Made by a program: the position numbers and the translations under genes
Notes under the pieces: generated by a model
Told to the model about the DNA's origin: nothing
Seen by the model: the letters and a program-made list of their open reading frames with translations, nothing else
Database searches by the model: none
Part shown: in pieces, positions 1 to 8,257 of the stretch
Layout: each line of letters begins with the position of its first letter
Position numbering within the stretch: the stretch's first letter is position 1
Source: Streptococcus phage Javan345
Sequence record: MK448733.1
Strand: one strand, 5' to 3'
DNA length: 24,000 bases

Positions 1-2
1 AT

Positions 3-452
3 CAAACCTTATTCAAAGCCTATCAGATGGTCACAGGGTCTGACGAAATTCTTGAGGATTTAAGTCAGAAAGAGCCCGAGAATGCAGGGGCCGTTTTAAA
101 AATTGATGCTGAGAAGTTAGCTGAAATTGATCCTGTCAATATCAAAGTAGCGAAGGACAAGTTATCTGCAAAATTTAGCGGAAGCACAGCGATTTCGCAG
201 AAACCAAGCGAGAAGGTAGATGTTGATTTGCAATGCCCGTTTTGTGGATGTGCGAAGCGGTGGAAAGTCCCATCTTACTTTACATTCATGAATTGTCCTG
301 ACTGCCAAGGCTCAATTTTCTTGTCTTGGGCGACGGGAGTCAAAGGCGAATTGGATGACAATGGATTTTATTTCAGAGGGGACAGCCCGATGAAGTTCAA
401 AGAGCAGACAGATGAATTCGAGGATATGTTTGCTGTTGAAAAATCAAAATAA
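3..452 (+). CDS. Phage protein, 5'-truncated by the window edge, with a C-terminal CxxC...CxxC zinc-ribbon-like motif
   Basis: The frame is open from nt 3 to the stop at 452; the ATG at 27 may be internal. CPFC...CPDC motif in the C-terminal half. Confidence 0.6.
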   Translation, partial: QTLFKAYQMVTGSDEILEDLSQKEPENAGAVLKIDAEKLAEIDPVNIKVAKDKLSAKFSGSTAISQKPSEKVDVDLQCPFCGCAKRWKVPSYFTFMNCPDCQGSIFLSWATGVKGELDDNGFYFRGDSPMKFKEQTDEFEDMFAVEKSK

Positions 453-564
453 CCCAAAACCAACTATATTCCAAAATGGAAACAACTCAAAATTAAACAA
501 GCCGTGTATTCTTGTAAAACTGCGAACTAGAAAACGTCAATGAAGGTCATGTGACCTTGGACGA

Positions 565-614
565 GCGACTGCCCGTATTTAGCCAAACTCACAACAAAGG
601 CAGTCGCATTTTTT
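565..614 (+). terminator. Probable intrinsic terminator with a large loop
   Basis: GCGACTGCC (565-573) is perfectly complementary to GGCAGTCGC (599-607), followed by ATTTTTT. Confidence 0.7.
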
Positions 615-622
615 GAAATGAA

Positions 623-1087
623 ATGAATGAAATCAAAGAAAAAGCTCTGGCCAAGTTACTAGAGGAATTAAATAAACCACACGATCTCGCACTTGATCGC
701 ATTCATAACTGGATTTGTGATCAGGAAGATGAAGAACTATTTCAAGGCATCTTAAAAGAGCGATATTCTCTGACATGCGCTCTAAAATATGCAAAAGAAA
801 AAGCTCGAAACTTCGCTGAAAACGGAGTGGCTTGTATCGATGATGAGACTGTTTTTGGATGGATTCGAGATTATTTTATTTCAAATTCACAAGTATCCAA
901 CATTGAACAGGTACCAGTCGAATCTATCAAGAAAGAAAAACCTCAGAATTCTCAAGAAGAGAAGATTGACGTGGCCAAAATTAGAAAAGGCGCTGGTCCA
1001 GACGATGATATCATCAAGAAACCTAAAATTAAGAAGGAGAAAGGAGTAGTCGAAGGCCAATTGGACCTTTTTGAAGAATTAGCATGA
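623..1087 (+). CDS. PcfK-like family protein
   Basis: 154 aa ORF whose charged tail and ending (...GQLDLFEELA) resemble PcfK-like proteins; directly upstream of a PcfJ-like ORF with overlapping start/stop. Confidence 0.7.
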   Translation: MNEIKEKALAKLLEELNKPHDLALDRIHNWICDQEDEELFQGILKERYSLTCALKYAKEKARNFAENGVACIDDETVFGWIRDYFISNSQVSNIEQVPVESIKKEKPQNSQEEKIDVAKIRKGAGPDDDIIKKPKIKKEKGVVEGQLDLFEELA

Positions 1088-2448
1088 GCAAGATCAACGA
1101 ACAATGCAAGCGAGAAGCTGATAGACGCTTGAAACCACCTGCAGACTTTTGGAAATGGTGTTATTCGCAGATTACAACGTACAAATGGAGCAATAAGGAC
1201 AAGACCATAATCGCTTCAGACTTGGATCTTGGCCATTGTATTGAAAAACGATTGACGAAATCGTCACGGCTTACTTTTTACGACAAGACCTACTTTTTCT
1301 CAATTATTCTCTGCACCTCGAAACGTATCGAAATCCAATCTTATGAATTTAGCTCGAAGCTGGTTGAAGGGAAACAATTTATCAATTTTCAACTTACTAA
1401 TCTAGAGCGATTTGAAAATAACAAACACACAAAGATTGGCCGAGACTACAACGGACAATTTTATCCGTATCTATTCGCTAATTTCTTTAGTGGCGGTTTT
1501 TACACAGGAAATATTTTTTATCCAAACAATTGGGAAAAGAGACTTCAAAAAGTATCCGAACTCAAATATTTGAAATTCGATAATATCTATTTTTGGGAAA
1601 TTGAACGGCTTTACAAATATAAGTTTGAAATCGAGTTTGCTCAGAAGATTCATGCTTATAGGTTGGCCAACGAAATCATGTTTCCAAATTATAGAATCGG
1701 ATTTACAAGAACAGTAGATATGCGGACCTTGAACCGCAGATGGCTTCAGAAGAATAAACAATTTTTCAAGAATTCAAATCGTAGTTTCAATGAATTTGAA
1801 TTGAGTCGTCGGTTAAAAGAGCGGAATGGCCAGTTGGTGCCTGGCATTGAATCTTATCTGACATACCATGACATCAAACACATACCTAAAGGTGTAGGGG
1901 TCAATAAATTTCAAAAATGGGTTATCAAGAATAGCATTGAATTCAATGAGTATCTTGATTATCTCAAAATGCTACGAGAAATGGGAATTGAGCCTGAAGG
2001 CGATGCTATGCTTGTGCCAAAGGATTTCACGGCCATGCATAATCACACAGTCGGATTATACAATCAATTTGTTGAAGAAAGACGCAAACTGGAAGATGAG
2101 AAGAAACGTAAGCAGCTTGAGTCTGAGTTTAAACTTAGAGAAGGAATGGATAAGACAATCAATGGATATGCATTCCATGTCCCTATAAAAGTGGCCGAAC
2201 TTATCTACGAAGGCAAGAAGCTACATCATTGCGTAAGCTCATACACAGATAAGCACTTCAAAGGGGATACTTTGATAGTCTTTGTACGCTTATCAAATCA
2301 ACCAAAAACACCTCTTTACACACTTGAGGTAAAGCAGGGGAAGATAGCCCAATTTCGTGGAAAGTATAACCAAGATGTACCAGCTGAAGTCTGGGACATA
2401 GCCAATGAATGGATGAAACAAACAAAATTAGTAAAAAAAGTAGCATAA
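1084..2448 (+). CDS. PcfJ-like protein
   Basis: 454 aa ORF with the PcfJ-like C-terminal pattern (GKKLHHCVSSYTDKHFKGDTLIVFVRL...PLYTLEVKQGKIAQFRGKYNQ); ATGA overlap with the PcfK-like ORF. Confidence 0.8.
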   Translation: MSKINEQCKREADRRLKPPADFWKWCYSQITTYKWSNKDKTIIASDLDLGHCIEKRLTKSSRLTFYDKTYFFSIILCTSKRIEIQSYEFSSKLVEGKQFINFQLTNLERFENNKHTKIGRDYNGQFYPYLFANFFSGGFYTGNIFYPNNWEKRLQKVSELKYLKFDNIYFWEIERLYKYKFEIEFAQKIHAYRLANEIMFPNYRIGFTRTVDMRTLNRRWLQKNKQFFKNSNRSFNEFELSRRLKERNGQLVPGIESYLTYHDIKHIPKGVGVNKFQKWVIKNSIEFNEYLDYLKMLREMGIEPEGDAMLVPKDFTAMHNHTVGLYNQFVEERRKLEDEKKRKQLESEFKLREGMDKTINGYAFHVPIKVAELIYEGKKLHHCVSSYTDKHFKGDTLIVFVRLSNQPKTPLYTLEVKQGKIAQFRGKYNQDVPAEVWDIANEWMKQTKLVKKVA

Positions 2449-2461
2449 AGGAGAAAAATAA

Positions 2462-2794
2462 ATGCTAAATAAAATCGACATCCCAGGAACAAGTATCACA
2501 CTAGAAATCGTAGATAAGAACATCACGATTACAAACAAAATTGAATATGATATGCAGATGCATTTCAGAAATACGGACGCAGACGCTTCTCTTGATACGA
2601 ACGGTGATGTGTTCGAGCCTCTTTATTGGCTAGACATCAGGGTAACACCGAAAACGCCAACAGAGTATCATACGAGCCTTGGAGTCAAGAGAGAAAAACG
2701 CCACTTGGCCGAACTTCAGAAGTTCTTTGAGTTCATCGAAAACAACAAGCGGAATCTCTTTGATCTTTGTGGCATCAAGGGAGAGCTGCAATGA
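2462..2794 (+). CDS. Hypothetical phage protein
   Basis: 110 aa ORF, co-directional, RBS-like AAAGGAG upstream. Confidence 0.65.
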   Translation: MLNKIDIPGTSITLEIVDKNITITNKIEYDMQMHFRNTDADASLDTNGDVFEPLYWLDIRVTPKTPTEYHTSLGVKREKRHLAELQKFFEFIENNKRNLFDLCGIKGELQ

Positions 2795-3306
2795 AATCTC
2801 TGACATTATCGTTAGACATTTCAACTACTGCGACAGGTTGGGCCGTATTTCACGGCTCTAACCTCGTCCAGAGTGGTGTCTTAAAACATAAAAGTAAGTC
2901 TTTCTTTGAGCGTGGTCGGTTCATGGCTAGCGAACTGCGAGCGATTCAATCTAGAGCGCTCCAGAAGTACGACTGTCATTTTGAATCGATTGTGGTCGAG
3001 AAAAACTCGGTCATGGGGCCAAATCAACAATCTATGATCAGTATTGGAATTGTGACAGGAATTATTCTTGGACGGTTGATTGCTGACAACGTGTATTTTG
3101 TCAACGTGTCGACTTGGCGCAAGTATTGGAAGTTCAGCTACAAAGACCGCAGCAAGAAGTCGATGAAGGTGCAGGCAGTTGCTAAGGTTTCGGATGAATT
3201 TAACCTAAACGTTAAAGATGACGAAGCAGATGCAATCCTGATTGGTTCGTATTTTGTAAGCTACGGTCAAGAATTCGGAGACCTGGAAAGCCACAAGATA
3301 AGTTAA
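2791..3306 (+). CDS. RuvC-like Holliday junction resolvase / phage RNase H-fold nuclease
   Basis: MKSLTLSLDISTTATGWAVF start, VVEKN and KDDEADAILIG acidic motifs. ATG at 2791 (ATGA overlap, GGGAG RBS) is preferred over the TTG start at 2767 in the ORF track. Confidence 0.85.
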   Translation: MKSLTLSLDISTTATGWAVFHGSNLVQSGVLKHKSKSFFERGRFMASELRAIQSRALQKYDCHFESIVVEKNSVMGPNQQSMISIGIVTGIILGRLIADNVYFVNVSTWRKYWKFSYKDRSKKSMKVQAVAKVSDEFNLNVKDDEADAILIGSYFVSYGQEFGDLESHKIS

Positions 3307-3319
3307 AGGAGCAGGAAGA

Positions 3320-3889
3320 ATGAAGAAACAAGAATTAATTAAACATATCGAGGATTTGCCTTACAAAGAGGGTCCTATTGTCGATAAAATTGACATAAGC
3401 AGAAAAGGGCTTTTGGAACTAGTGAAACAACTAGACGAACCACAGAAAGTCAAAATCCCGCAGTTTGTGGCCGATTGGATTGAGTATTGTAAATTTACTC
3501 ACGTTGATTTGCAGCACGCTTTGATTGTTGGCGATGTATATTTTTACAATTACGCAAATCAAAAAGATTTTTCAAAACTAAAAGAATTTTTAGAAACCGA
3601 AAACAACCAAGAAACCTTCGCCCGCGCTTGGCTTGACGGCTACACAGTAGAAGAGGAGAAAAAATACAAAATTACACTTCTAAACCGAAACGACGGTGAC
3701 TTATATCTCGTTAACCAAAATGCAGATTTAGCAGATAAATACGGACATTTTTCTCCCGTAGTGCTCCTTTTTACAAAATGCACTAATTTTTCAAAAAAGT
3801 GCTACGAACTCACGAAAAAGGAAGTAGTTTCGTATGATTTCGGCTGGGTATTCGATTGCCCAGGGGTACAGATTGAGGAGGTGAAGTAG
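3320..3889 (+). CDS. DUF1642-family phage protein
   Basis: 189 aa with ...QETFARAWLDGYTVEEEKKYKI...; RBS GGAGCAGG. Confidence 0.75.
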   Translation: MKKQELIKHIEDLPYKEGPIVDKIDISRKGLLELVKQLDEPQKVKIPQFVADWIEYCKFTHVDLQHALIVGDVYFYNYANQKDFSKLKEFLETENNQETFARAWLDGYTVEEEKKYKITLLNRNDGDLYLVNQNADLADKYGHFSPVVLLFTKCTNFSKKCYELTKKEVVSYDFGWVFDCPGVQIEEVK

Positions 3890-4243
3890 ATGGAATTTTT
3901 ACTTACAAGCACAAGCGGGGGAGATGAAAACCGCATTCCTAACGCCGTAATTAAAAAATACACAAAAAGAGAAGTTAGAACCTGTTCGACATTTGAAGAA
4001 TTTGATAAGCGATTTTCTAGGAGAGAAGGTACTTGGCTTTCTAAAGGAGTTAATCATAAAACATCTAAAGGTCGAATACAAAGAGAATTCCCGAACGGGG
4101 CAGAGGGGCATTTTATCGAAATCAATTCGATAGAGGAGTTACTAGAATTTCAGAGAGAAGTGAGAAGCGAGCTGATAATTACTTCTGCAACTGATAATGA
4201 GTCAATTCCAGCTATTGAAATTTATAACGATTATAGGGAGTAA
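3890..4243 (+). CDS. Hypothetical phage protein
   Basis: 117 aa ORF with GAGG upstream, co-directional. Confidence 0.65.
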   Translation: MEFLLTSTSGGDENRIPNAVIKKYTKREVRTCSTFEEFDKRFSRREGTWLSKGVNHKTSKGRIQREFPNGAEGHFIEINSIEELLEFQREVRSELIITSATDNESIPAIEIYNDYRE

Positions 4244-4245
4244 AC

Positions 4246-4506
4246 ATGAAACGATTTATAGTGTTATGGATTGTATTGTCTGCTACTTTGAACATCTGGC
4301 AATGTATCCACATTAAAAAACTAGAAGAAAAGCGCCCAATTATCGTCTATAAAGCTGACAATCAAGGCGCAGAAATTAAAGGTAAAGTCGTCCACAAGGA
4401 GAATATTGGCGACATGCACACAATCACAGTACAGAACTACGGCATTTTCGTAGTCACGCAAACAAGCTACGAATCTTTAAGGATTGGAGACGAGGTGAGA
4501 TTATGA
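4246..4506 (+). CDS. DUF1372-like small phage protein with N-terminal hydrophobic segment
   Basis: 86 aa: MKRFIVLWIVLSATLNIWQCIHIKKLEE... followed by a small beta-rich domain. Confidence 0.7.
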   Translation: MKRFIVLWIVLSATLNIWQCIHIKKLEEKRPIIVYKADNQGAEIKGKVVHKENIGDMHTITVQNYGIFVVTQTSYESLRIGDEVRL

Positions 4507-4763
4507 GACCAAAAAAATATCCGTACACAGGGAGCAAAATAAAGAAAGTGACTACAACAGGAATAGGAGCTCGAGAGCTTGTGGTTTTTCCTAACGTAGC
4601 TTTTAGAAAAGACTTACTCAAACACATTTTTTCAGTCGTCAAAATCCATGACAACACTACAATCATTTACTTCAGAATTCCAAAAGTATTCGGATACGAG
4701 GAGGAAAGAGCAAAAGTACATCTAAGCTATGAAAAGACGATGAGGATACTCAATAACTACTAA
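4503..4763 (+). CDS. Hypothetical phage protein
   Basis: 86 aa ORF overlapping the upstream stop (ATGA-type); co-directional. Confidence 0.6.
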   Translation: MRPKKYPYTGSKIKKVTTTGIGARELVVFPNVAFRKDLLKHIFSVVKIHDNTTIIYFRIPKVFGYEEERAKVHLSYEKTMRILNNY

Positions 4764-4834
4764 AAAAAGCCAAGACACTCTCTGTCTCAGCTATAATCTC
4801 AATAATATTATTATACCACAAAAGGAGATAGAGA

Positions 4835-5251
4835 GTGAAGGCTAAAGAGCTTTTAAGCGAATTGCAAAATCTTGACATGGATATCCAGAGTCGTATCGAC
4901 GAAATCAACGAGCTTGAGGCAGGTCTGCTCTCAAGTCCGAAGTGGTCAGATGTCAAGGTGAAGAGCAGTCAGACAAAAAAGGTTGATGATGTTTATACTC
5001 AGCTTGTCGTGATGAAAGAGGCTATAGAACAAGATACCAAGGAAGTTATTAACAGAAAGCTTGAATTAGGCAGAATGATCAATAGGCTTAAAAATCCAAG
5101 AAGCAGGTCTGTCCTTAGAATGACTTACATTACTAAGACCTACATTGAGGATATTTGCGACAATTTGAGAATAAGTAAGGCAACTTATTACAGATTACGC
5201 AAACAGGCTGAGTCTGAACTAGAGGAGACTATCATAGACAAAGTGAGCTAA
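4835..5251 (+). CDS. DUF1492 / ArpU-type phage transcriptional regulator (late-gene regulator-like)
   Basis: 138 aa with C-terminal HTH-like segment (VLRMTYITKTYIEDICDNLRISKATYYRLRKQAESEL); GTG start after AAAGGAG.. region; located just before the terminase genes. Confidence 0.8.
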   Translation: MKAKELLSELQNLDMDIQSRIDEINELEAGLLSSPKWSDVKVKSSQTKKVDDVYTQLVVMKEAIEQDTKEVINRKLELGRMINRLKNPRSRSVLRMTYITKTYIEDICDNLRISKATYYRLRKQAESELEETIIDKVS

Positions 5252-5277
5252 AGTGAGTGCGCATGAAGTCTAAAATC

Positions 5278-5286
5278 TGTTAAAAT
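5278..5286 (+). promoter_or_regulatory. Candidate extended -10 promoter for the large non-coding segment
   Basis: TGTTAAAAT (TGn + TAAAAT), immediately after the DUF1492 gene; no good -35 hexamer seen. Confidence 0.45.
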
Positions 5287-6199
5287 GGTAGTATCAAGAA
5301 TTAAAGCAAAGGCACCTTAGGCAATAGCCTAGAAAAGCTTCTGAAAAACTGCTGGCTTGGGTTACCAGTGGCGATAGAGTAGGATGTTTTAATATCGCAA
5401 AAAAGACTACAAAAAATAAAAAAAGGATAACTTTCAAATTGATTACTAATTAACACGCAAGTCCGTAGTCTGCTTGCATTTTTAGGGCTTAGCCTAGATA
5501 ATCTGTGGTAACTCAGGAAAAGGATGCTTTTAAATCTATCAAACATCCTGCCAGTAATGGTCAATCTAAGCAATTTAATCTTAACTATTTCAGTTTTGGA
5601 ATAGGTAGGCGAAGTTAAAGCAGAAAGATTCCAACGGCAAGGTGCTGAGGAAATGCAAACGTGGCAGTTTGGCTGTGAAACGAGTCTATAAGAGGAAAGA
5701 GGTATTTGGTTCGAGGTGCAACAAGAGCTTAATACCATATCTTACAAAAATTGGGTGCCTCCCAAAAGTATGTAAGGTGAGTTGATTGTCCGCAAAACAA
5801 TCGATAACAAGCAGGCGCTGTGCATTTTGTTCTTCAAAAGAGAATAAAACACATGGCGATGCGTGTCTGTGATAGATGAAAGATGATTTTTATATTTAAT
5901 GCTATTCAAAATAGAAAAAAACTCAAAAAGCAAAAGTCATCGCCCGTCATAAACGAAAGTGTACTTCGGCAATTAGATTGCCTGCTCAAGTCTCGCAAGG
6001 ATGAGAGTAAAGTCAAAGAGTAAAGCAGCTTAGACTTTTAGCGGGGTCTTCGTTAATTGAAAAATGGCTTAGTAGTTTATGATGTAAGGAGTGATTGGTC
6101 TAACCAATCGTGCATGAGTGATACAAGTAGGAATATTTGTGGACAAGATAATAAACTATAAGTTATCAAAAGTCACTCGCTTAAAGCAGTAGTCTCATG

Positions 6200-6280
6200 C
6201 TGGTTAATGGATATATGGTAGACGGATTAAGTCCTGTTTAGGGAATTAAGATGTCACAGGTTCGAGTCCTGTCGTTCCAG
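6200..6280 (+). other. tRNA-like element (degenerate tRNA-Leu-like or tRNA mimic) within the non-coding region
   Basis: Canonical T-arm ACAGG-TTCGAGT-CCTGT (6256-6272) with B-box GGTTCGAGTCC; CTGG (6200-6203) can pair with CCAG (6277-6280); TGGTAGACG resembles a class II tRNA D-arm; possible TAA anticodon in ATTAAGT. The remaining acceptor and anticodon pairs are mostly mismatched. Confidence 0.5.
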
Positions 6281-6413
6281 TTGTATCTCTGTGAGTAGCT
6301 ATCACAATAGGGGTACAGGGCGGTAATTAGATTTAGGCTGATTAACCTGTAGGACAGAGATAAAGTAGCGCTATATAAGGCTCTGGTGGGGGAGGCACCC
6401 ACTTACCGCATAC

Positions 6414-6441
6414 AGTCACTCTTTGAGTGGCTTTTTATTTT
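6414..6441 (+). terminator. Intrinsic terminator at the end of the candidate ncRNA
   Basis: AGTCACT-CTTTG-AGTGGCT (one G-U wobble) followed by TTTTATTTT. Confidence 0.75.
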
Positions 6442-6465
6442 GTCGGAAAGGAGGTAGTCCGGTGA

Positions 6466-6960
6466 GTGGATAAATTAACCCCAAAACAAGAGCTATTTGT
6501 CCAAGGGATAATCTCCGGACTATCTCAAAGACAAGCATATAGACAAGCTTTTTCAACTTCTAAAAAGTGGAAAGATAGCACGGTCGATGTTAAAGCAAGC
6601 GAGCTTCTTCAAAATGGTAAGGTTTTGGTAAGGTATCGTGAGTTACTCAAACAGTTCTCGAACATGTCCTTATGGTCCAGAGAACAGGCTTTTAACGAGT
6701 ATGAATGGCTTAAAAATAAGGCTAGAGCAAGTATCGAGAATGAAGGTATTAGACAAGCTAATTCAAACGCCTTTCTTTCGGCTTTGGACGGAATGAATAA
6801 TACGGCATGGAAGGACTTCGAGTTGACTGACGAGAAAATCAGGCAAGAAATTGAATTGCTCAAAATCAAGATTGAGAGCAATCAAGAATCCAAGTCTGAT
6901 ACTACTCTCATGGAAGCTCTGTTGAATGCCGTGAAGGGTGGTGACGAGGTTGAAGATTGA
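6466..6960 (+). CDS. terS: Terminase small subunit
   Basis: MDKLTPKQELFVQGIISGLSQRQAYRQAF N-terminal HTH typical of phage TerS; AAAGGAGG RBS before the GTG start. Confidence 0.9.
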   Translation: MDKLTPKQELFVQGIISGLSQRQAYRQAFSTSKKWKDSTVDVKASELLQNGKVLVRYRELLKQFSNMSLWSREQAFNEYEWLKNKARASIENEGIRQANSNAFLSALDGMNNTAWKDFELTDEKIRQEIELLKIKIESNQESKSDTTLMEALLNAVKGGDEVED

Positions 6961-8239
6961 TTTTTCAAACAAACAACTCAACATCATTCGTAGACCGTTC
7001 AACTATGAGCTTGAGGTCAACGAGGGCACGCCTCGAAGCGGCAAGACAACCGCTGGTCATTTCAGATATGCAAGATATTTGATTGAGTCGCCAGACGAAA
7101 ACCATTTGATAGCTGCATACAATCAAGAGCAAGCCTACCGTCTATTTATTGACGGTGACGGCACAGGTCTAATGCACATCTTCGATGGCAATTGTAAAAT
7201 CAAGCATGATGAGCACGGAGACCACCTCTTAATTGATACGCCCAACGGAACCAAGCGTGTCTATTACAAAGGGGGCGGTAAAGCCAACAGTGTAGGTGCT
7301 ATCACTGGTATGTCTTTAGGGTCAGTAGTCTTTTGTGAAATTAACCTGCTGAATATGGATTTTATCCAGGAAGCATTCAGACGGACGTGGGCTGCTAAAC
7401 TCAGATACCATCTAGCTGACCTAAACCCTCCAGCACCGCAACATCCAGTTATTAAGGATGTCTTTGACGTCCAAAATACACGCTGGACGCATTGGACCAT
7501 GGATGACAATCCCATTCTGTCAGAAGAGCGTAAGCAATCTATTATTCAATCGCTGAAGAAGAATCCTTATCTCTACAAGAGAGACGTGCTTGGTCAGCGT
7601 GTCATGCCTCAGGGCGTTATTTACGGCCTATTTGACCTTGAAAAGAACATCAAGGATAACTTGGTAGGCGAACCTATAGAAATGTATTTCAATGGCGATG
7701 GTGGACAATCTGACGCCACCTCAATGTCTTGTAACATCGTTACTAAACATAGAGAGGACAACAAGACTTTCTTTAGGCTCAATCGTGTAGCTCATTATTA
7801 TCATAGCGGAGCTGAAACTGGCCAAGTCAAGGCTATGTCCACCTATGCAGTCGAGCTTCGAGCATTTATTCAGTGGTGCGTGAGCAAGTATCAAATGCGC
7901 TATACCGATGTCTGGATTGACCCAGCATGTAGATCCTTACGAGAGGAATTGCATAAGCTAGGGATTCAGACAAGGGGAGCCTTGAACAACGCGCATGATG
8001 TCAGCAGCAAGGCGAAGGGTATCGAGGTAGGGATTGAACGTGGCCAGAATATCATCTCTTCAGGTCAGTTCTTGCTTATCAATCACCAAGAAGAAGAATA
8101 CGACCATTACTATTTCTTGAAAGAGATTGGTCTTTACAGTCGTGACGATAACGGCCGACCGATTGATAAAGATAACCATGCAATGGACGAATTCAGATAT
8201 AGTGTGAACGTATTCTATAAGCGTTACGCTAATTTTTAG
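6938..8239 (+). CDS. terL: Terminase large subunit (PBSX-type)
   Basis: Walker A-like GTPRSGKTT near the N-terminus, WTMDDNP and TDVWIDPACRSL segments, position after TerS. Exact start uncertain. Confidence 0.92.
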   Translation: MVTRLKIDFSNKQLNIIRRPFNYELEVNEGTPRSGKTTAGHFRYARYLIESPDENHLIAAYNQEQAYRLFIDGDGTGLMHIFDGNCKIKHDEHGDHLLIDTPNGTKRVYYKGGGKANSVGAITGMSLGSVVFCEINLLNMDFIQEAFRRTWAAKLRYHLADLNPPAPQHPVIKDVFDVQNTRWTHWTMDDNPILSEERKQSIIQSLKKNPYLYKRDVLGQRVMPQGVIYGLFDLEKNIKDNLVGEPIEMYFNGDGGQSDATSMSCNIVTKHREDNKTFFRLNRVAHYYHSGAETGQVKAMSTYAVELRAFIQWCVSKYQMRYTDVWIDPACRSLREELHKLGIQTRGALNNAHDVSSKAKGIEVGIERGQNIISSGQFLLINHQEEEYDHYYFLKEIGLYSRDDNGRPIDKDNHAMDEFRYSVNVFYKRYANF

Positions 8240-8257
8240 CAAATAAGGAGCCGATAA

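Larger units (their letters stand above)
5293..6441 (+). ncRNA. Candidate large structured phage ncRNA (GOLLD/ROOL-like or new class)
   Basis: No plausible + strand ORF over ~1.15 kb. Starts after an extended -10 and ends at an intrinsic terminator. Perfect local helices include 5371-5376/5393-5398, 5701-5706/5731-5736, 5741-5746/5771-5776, 5784-5789/5797-5802, 5968-5973/5977-5982, 6093-6099/6103-6109, 6116-6121/6173-6178, 6284-6292/6354-6362. Sits upstream of the terminase genes and contains a tRNA-like element. Confidence 0.7.

Noticed and set aside
789-1049. 86 aa + strand ORF inside the PcfK-like gene
   Set aside because: Alternative frame within a better supported gene, no RBS.
4769-4812. 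Promoter around TATAAT (4792-4797) and palindrome AATAATATTATT (4801-4812)
   Set aside because: No acceptable -35 and the palindrome is simple AT sequence; possible but not supported enough to list as a feature.
5301-5738. 145 aa antisense ORF over the non-coding region
   Set aside because: Opposite to all genes, no RBS seen, no recognisable protein pattern; the underlying DNA is better explained by + strand RNA structure.
5742-5933. 63 aa antisense ORF over the non-coding region
   Set aside because: Short, antisense, no supporting signals.
6200-6280. A normal functional tRNA gene
   Set aside because: Only the T-arm and about four acceptor-end pairs are good; the rest of the acceptor and the anticodon stem do not pair, so I call it tRNA-like rather than a tRNA.
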